Origin: Kiritimatiellales bacterium
Lineage (GTDB): Bacteria > Patescibacteriota > Gracilibacteria > Peribacterales > Peribacteraceae
Direction: 5' to 3'
Assembly: GCA_021734665.1 (NCBI GenBank)
Contig: JAIPIN010000003.1
Span: 1-47,658, forward strand
DNA: 47,658 bases
The notes below the pieces were generated by a model that ran no database searches, was not told the origin of the DNA, and saw only the letters and a list, made by a program, of their open reading frames with translations. Shown piece after piece: positions 44,114-47,658 of the stretch. Within the stretch, counting starts at the first letter, position 1. Each line of letters begins with the position of its first letter. The position numbers were made by a program, and so were the translations under genes.

Positions 44114-45421
44114 ATGAAAATCGCAGTTATCGGTACCGGCTACGTAGGCCTTGTCTCAGCCGCCTGCTTTGCAGAGTTGGGGCATGAAGTATTTGGAATA
44201 GATATTGATGAGAAAAAAATCGCCAAAATTAAGAAAGGAGAAAGCCCAATATATGAACCTGGGCTAGAAGAGCTTTTGCGTGCAGGACTTAAGAATGGAC
44301 GACTTTCGTTTACAACTGATTTGAATGAAGTACTACCAGAATGCCAGATTGTTTTCTCTGCTGTTGCCACTCCTCCAGGCGAAGGATACAAAGCAGACCT
44401 TAGAGCAGTTTTCACCGTTGCAGAAACTGTGGCAAAGAATGCAGATCGCGATTTGGTATTTGTAAATAAGTCTACAGTGCCAGTTGGCACCGGCAAGCAG
44501 TGCGAAGAGCGTATTGCAAAAATTCTACAAGAGCGTGAAGTAAATTATGCAATTCCAGTTGTTTCTAATCCTGAATTTTTAAGAGAAGGAATGGCAGTAA
44601 ACGACACCCTCATGCCAGACCGTGTTGTGATTGGAATTAACCACAATGAATGGGCAGCTGAATTGATGGAAGAGCTATATCGTCCAATTACAAGAGTAGG
44701 CAAACCGCTCGTATTTATGAGCAGAGAAAGCTCAGAGATTGTTAAGTACGCATCAAACTCATTACTGGCAACCAAGATCAGCTTTATAAACATGCTTTCT
44801 GAACTCACAGAGAAAACAGGAGCCAACATTCGTGATGTTGCAAAAGGAGTAGGGCTGGATGATCGTATTGGACCACGCTTTTTACATGCAGGAATTGGAT
44901 ATGGCGGAAGCTGTTTCCCAAAAGATGTAAAAGCACTTCTGGCTACTGCCAAAGAACTTGATATACCTATGGAAATTGTAGAAGCAACAGATCAGATTAA
45001 TGCCCGACAGCGAAAGCGCTTCTTCAAAAAGATCATAGATGCTCTTCCTCCCAAAGCTACGATTGGAGTGTGGGGACTTAGCTTTAAACCTAAGACAGAT
45101 GACATGCGAGAAGCGCCTAGCCTAGATCTGTTACCTGATCTTGTAAAAGCAGGGCACACTGTTCGTGCGTTTGATCCAGCAGCAATAGAAACTGCTACAC
45201 CATTACTTCCAAAAGAAATTGAATTCACAAAAAATCCATTCGAAGCAGCCAAGGAAGCTGACGTTGTAATAGTTCTTACAGAATGGGATGAATTCCGCGG
45301 AGTAGATCTGAACAAGCTAAAAGAAATTATGAAGGGCAACGACATCTTTGACGGAAGAAATATTTATGAACCAGAAGAAATGCGAGAAGCAGGACTTCAA
45401 TACCATGGAATAGGATTATGA
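44114..45421 (+). CDS. ugd: UDP-glucose 6-dehydrogenase
   Basis: IGTGYVG, KSTVPVG, SNPEFLREG, KY.SN, GYGGSCFPKD, FKPKTDD.RE, DGRN. Confidence 0.95.
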   Translation: MKIAVIGTGYVGLVSAACFAELGHEVFGIDIDEKKIAKIKKGESPIYEPGLEELLRAGLKNGRLSFTTDLNEVLPECQIVFSAVATPPGEGYKADLRAVFTVAETVAKNADRDLVFVNKSTVPVGTGKQCEERIAKILQEREVNYAIPVVSNPEFLREGMAVNDTLMPDRVVIGINHNEWAAELMEELYRPITRVGKPLVFMSRESSEIVKYASNSLLATKISFINMLSELTEKTGANIRDVAKGVGLDDRIGPRFLHAGIGYGGSCFPKDVKALLATAKELDIPMEIVEATDQINARQRKRFFKKIIDALPPKATIGVWGLSFKPKTDDMREAPSLDLLPDLVKAGHTVRAFDPAAIETATPLLPKEIEFTKNPFEAAKEADVVIVLTEWDEFRGVDLNKLKEIMKGNDIFDGRNIYEPEEMREAGLQYHGIGL

Positions 45422-46365
45422 AAATTCTCTTAACAGGAGCGGCTGGTTTTATAGGTTTTCATACAGCCAAAACATTACTCGCACGCGGTGATGAAGTAAT
45501 CGGCCTTGATAACTTTAATCCTTATTATGATCCTCAACTTAAAGAAAATCGCATTAAACAACTAGAAGGACTAAAAGGATTCACATTAATACGTGGAGAT
45601 ATAACAGACCGCGAAACTATTAGGGGCGCAATGAAAGGAGTAGATCGCATATGCCACTTGGCAGCACTTGCTGGAGTGAGGTATTCGTTTGAGCATCCTG
45701 ATGAATTTATTTTGAATAATATTCAAGGAACGTTTGAGATGATTGATGAAGCACGTATGCAAGAAATCCCTGGCTTCATATATGCATCATCCAGTTCTGT
45801 GTATGGAGGCAACGAGCAGTCTCCTTCTTCCGAAGAAGATCGCGTAGACGATCAGCTCGCGCTTTATGGTATGACAAAGAAGGACAATGAACTAATGGCT
45901 CACACATTCCATAATCTCTATGGATTACCAGTAACAGGACTGCGATTCTTCACGGTATATGGTCCTTGGGGCAGACCTGATATGGCATTGTTTCTATTTA
46001 CAGATGCAATTTTGCATGACCGACCAATCCAAGTATTTGGAGAAGGAAAACAACAGCGCGACTTCACCTATGTAGATGATATTGTCTCAGGAATTGTCGC
46101 TTCTATAGACAAAAATCATGATGAAGAAATAATCAACTTAGGATGCGGAAGAAAAGAAGAGCTTATGGACTTCATCAAAATTATTGAAGAGTCTTGTGGC
46201 AAAGAAGCACAAAAAGAAATGCTACCAATGCAACCAGGAGACGTGCGATCAAGCCTTGCAGATATTTCTAAGGCGCAAAAACTTTTAGACTATGAACCCA
46301 AGACTCAGATTAAAGATGGCATACCGCAGTTTGTTGAGTGGTATCGGGAGTACTATGGAATTTAG
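45418..46365 (+). CDS. NAD-dependent epimerase, UDP-glucuronate 4-epimerase type
   Basis: GAAGFIG, LAA.AGVRYS, ASSSSVYG, Y..TK, LRFFTVYGPWGRPDMA. ATGA overlap with ugd. Confidence 0.9.
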   Translation: MKILLTGAAGFIGFHTAKTLLARGDEVIGLDNFNPYYDPQLKENRIKQLEGLKGFTLIRGDITDRETIRGAMKGVDRICHLAALAGVRYSFEHPDEFILNNIQGTFEMIDEARMQEIPGFIYASSSSVYGGNEQSPSSEEDRVDDQLALYGMTKKDNELMAHTFHNLYGLPVTGLRFFTVYGPWGRPDMALFLFTDAILHDRPIQVFGEGKQQRDFTYVDDIVSGIVASIDKNHDEEIINLGCGRKEELMDFIKIIEESCGKEAQKEMLPMQPGDVRSSLADISKAQKLLDYEPKTQIKDGIPQFVEWYREYYGI

Positions 46366-46415
46366 AATTAAGAATGCAGAATTAAGAATTAAGAATGCAG
46401 AATTGAGAATTGAAT
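46361..46415. repeat. Single-arm 7-mer array (AGAATTA/AGAATGC/AGAATTG)x7
   Basis: Begins inside the epimerase stop codon. Confidence 0.9.
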
Positions 46416-46464
46416 ATTCATAACTTCAAAGTAAGGAGTTTTTTGTTTTGTGATTCGCCACTAA

Positions 46465-46554
46465 GTCACCCTTCGAGATGCCCCGCCTGTCATGGTGAGG
46501 AGTTCCGCGTATGCGGAACGTCTCGAACCATAAGGCGGGGCTCCTCAGGATGAC
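46465..46554. repeat. Nested REP-like palindrome (same family as 42908-42997)
   Basis: Outer copy at 46465-46488 plus 46533-46554. Inner inverted copy at 46489-46531. Confidence 0.85.
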
Positions 46555-46612
46555 ATGAGTGACTCACTACACTCATATAAGTAAACTAGAACTAATTCTA
46601 TGTTTTGAATTT

Positions 46613-47658
46613 TCACTTTTTCCAAGTAAACATCCTATTCATAGTGTAATTCCACATCACTCCTGTAAGTGCTCCAATGAATACCGCAAGAAGTTCCAGC
46701 CAACCAAGAGAGAACAGATATGCACTTACTGCCCAATTTGCCAATGCTCCAAACAAGCAGGCAAAATTGAACTTTATAAATCCAATAATCGCATTCACAC
46801 CTCGTAATTTCTGATGAGCAAAGGTCCACGCATTATTCAAAAGATAATTAAAGACTACTGCTGTTTCTGTCGCGCCAATAACCGCGAGAGAGAACCCGCC
46901 AATAGTCAAAGTTTCTCCGTGAGTTATCGCTCTAGAGATTAAAACGTATGCAGTCATATGCACAAATACTCCCAGAGTTCCTACCAAACAAAATTTTAAG
47001 AACGTAAGCGGTATAAGCTTTCCGATCGTTACATCATAAAGATATTCCAAAAATTCTACCTGCACTTTCCATGATAATTTGCTTTCGCCAAGCTGACGCA
47101 AACCAAATTTATAAGGAAGCTCTGTAGCCTGAGCTTCTTTAGGAACGTGAACCAATAAATCGAGAAGTATTTTAAAACCCTTTGGATTTAAACTTTCGCG
47201 CACTGTATCAAATACAGATCTATCTAATGCAAAAAACCCACTCATTGGATCTTTCACTTTAACGCTGCAAAGATGAAGTGCCATTTTTGTAGCAGTCTTG
47301 CTCAAAAAGTGTCTTCTCTCATCCCAATCCCCAACACTCCCTCCTTCAATGTAGCGTGAGCCGATTGCAATCCCCCTATTTTCTTTGGCTGCTTTGTACA
47401 ATGCCGGAAGCAACTCCATATCATGCTGACCATCACTGTCCATAACTGCAAATATATCTCCCTTTGCAGATAAAAATCCCTCAATTACCGCAGAAGAAAG
47501 CCCTCGTCTATCAATCCTGCGAATCACATGAACATTGTCTTTGTTTTGAGATAAATCCAAAGCTATCTGCCATGTTTTATCTGGAGAATCATCATCAACA
47601 ATAATTATTTCGTATGAAATATCTTTTAGAACTGCTTCTAGCTTTGGCAAAAGCTCTG
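46613..47658 (-). CDS. GT2 polyprenol-phosphate glycosyltransferase fused to a GtrA-like domain (5' end beyond the window)
   Basis: VDDDSPD, RGLSSA, MDSDGQH, DPMSGFF, then KF.LVG..G...N..WTF GtrA helices. The frame is open to the window edge. Confidence 0.9.
   Translation of the reverse strand, partial: ELLPKLEAVLKDISYEIIIVDDDSPDKTWQIALDLSQNKDNVHVIRRIDRRGLSSAVIEGFLSAKGDIFAVMDSDGQHDMELLPALYKAAKENRGIAIGSRYIEGGSVGDWDERRHFLSKTATKMALHLCSVKVKDPMSGFFALDRSVFDTVRESLNPKGFKILLDLLVHVPKEAQATELPYKFGLRQLGESKLSWKVQVEFLEYLYDVTIGKLIPLTFLKFCLVGTLGVFVHMTAYVLISRAITHGETLTIGGFSLAVIGATETAVVFNYLLNNAWTFAHQKLRGVNAIIGFIKFNFACLFGALANWAVSAYLFSLGWLELLAVFIGALTGVMWNYTMNRMFTWKK

Noticed and set aside
32304-45421. Alternative genetic code 25 (TGA=Gly) as in Gracilibacteria/Absconditabacteria
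   Set aside because: ndk, pheT and ugd end at TGA at their expected lengths, and long genes have no in-frame TGA.
258-47484. Numerous antisense or alternate-frame ORFs inside long genes
   Set aside because: Shadow ORFs fully overlapping well-supported genes, with no recognisable motifs.

Overview
47.7 kb of bacterial chromosome using translation table 11 (TGA is a stop). Gene content and style suggest a CPR/Patescibacteria organism, most likely Peregrinibacteria/Peribacteria (inference: VirB2-like pilin, large SLH surface protein, dispersed operons, few Shine-Dalgarno sites). It contains a cell-surface glycosylation cluster (four GT4 genes, GT2, DUF2304, a large GT-C protein, rfbA/rfbB) and a second sugar cluster (ugd, epimerase, GT2-GtrA). 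Housekeeping genes include sufS/sufU, rpsF, rpsR, an unlisted rpmH, yebC, PBP1A, recO, rnhA, ctpA, ndk, pheT, ahcY, adenosine kinase and PolX. There are also tRNA-Thr(GGT), tRNA-Ser(GGA) and the edge of an IS200 element. The unexplained structure is non-coding. (1) A small GIY-YIG nuclease gene right after tRNA-Thr is bracketed by two inverted copies of a CTTCGC...GCT(A/T)CG hairpin element. Free ~30-45 nt copies of that element sit inside duplicated 5' ends of the tRNA and of a glycosyltransferase gene, suggesting a REP/RAYT-like system with a GIY-YIG enzyme. (2) More than 20 degenerate 6-9 nt tandem arrays, mostly inverted pairs, start at stop codons, invade coding sequence in frame, and in one case encode a signal peptide. 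(3) Two further palindromic repeat families are present, one nested inside itself with compensatory base changes. All functional roles for these repeats are inference.
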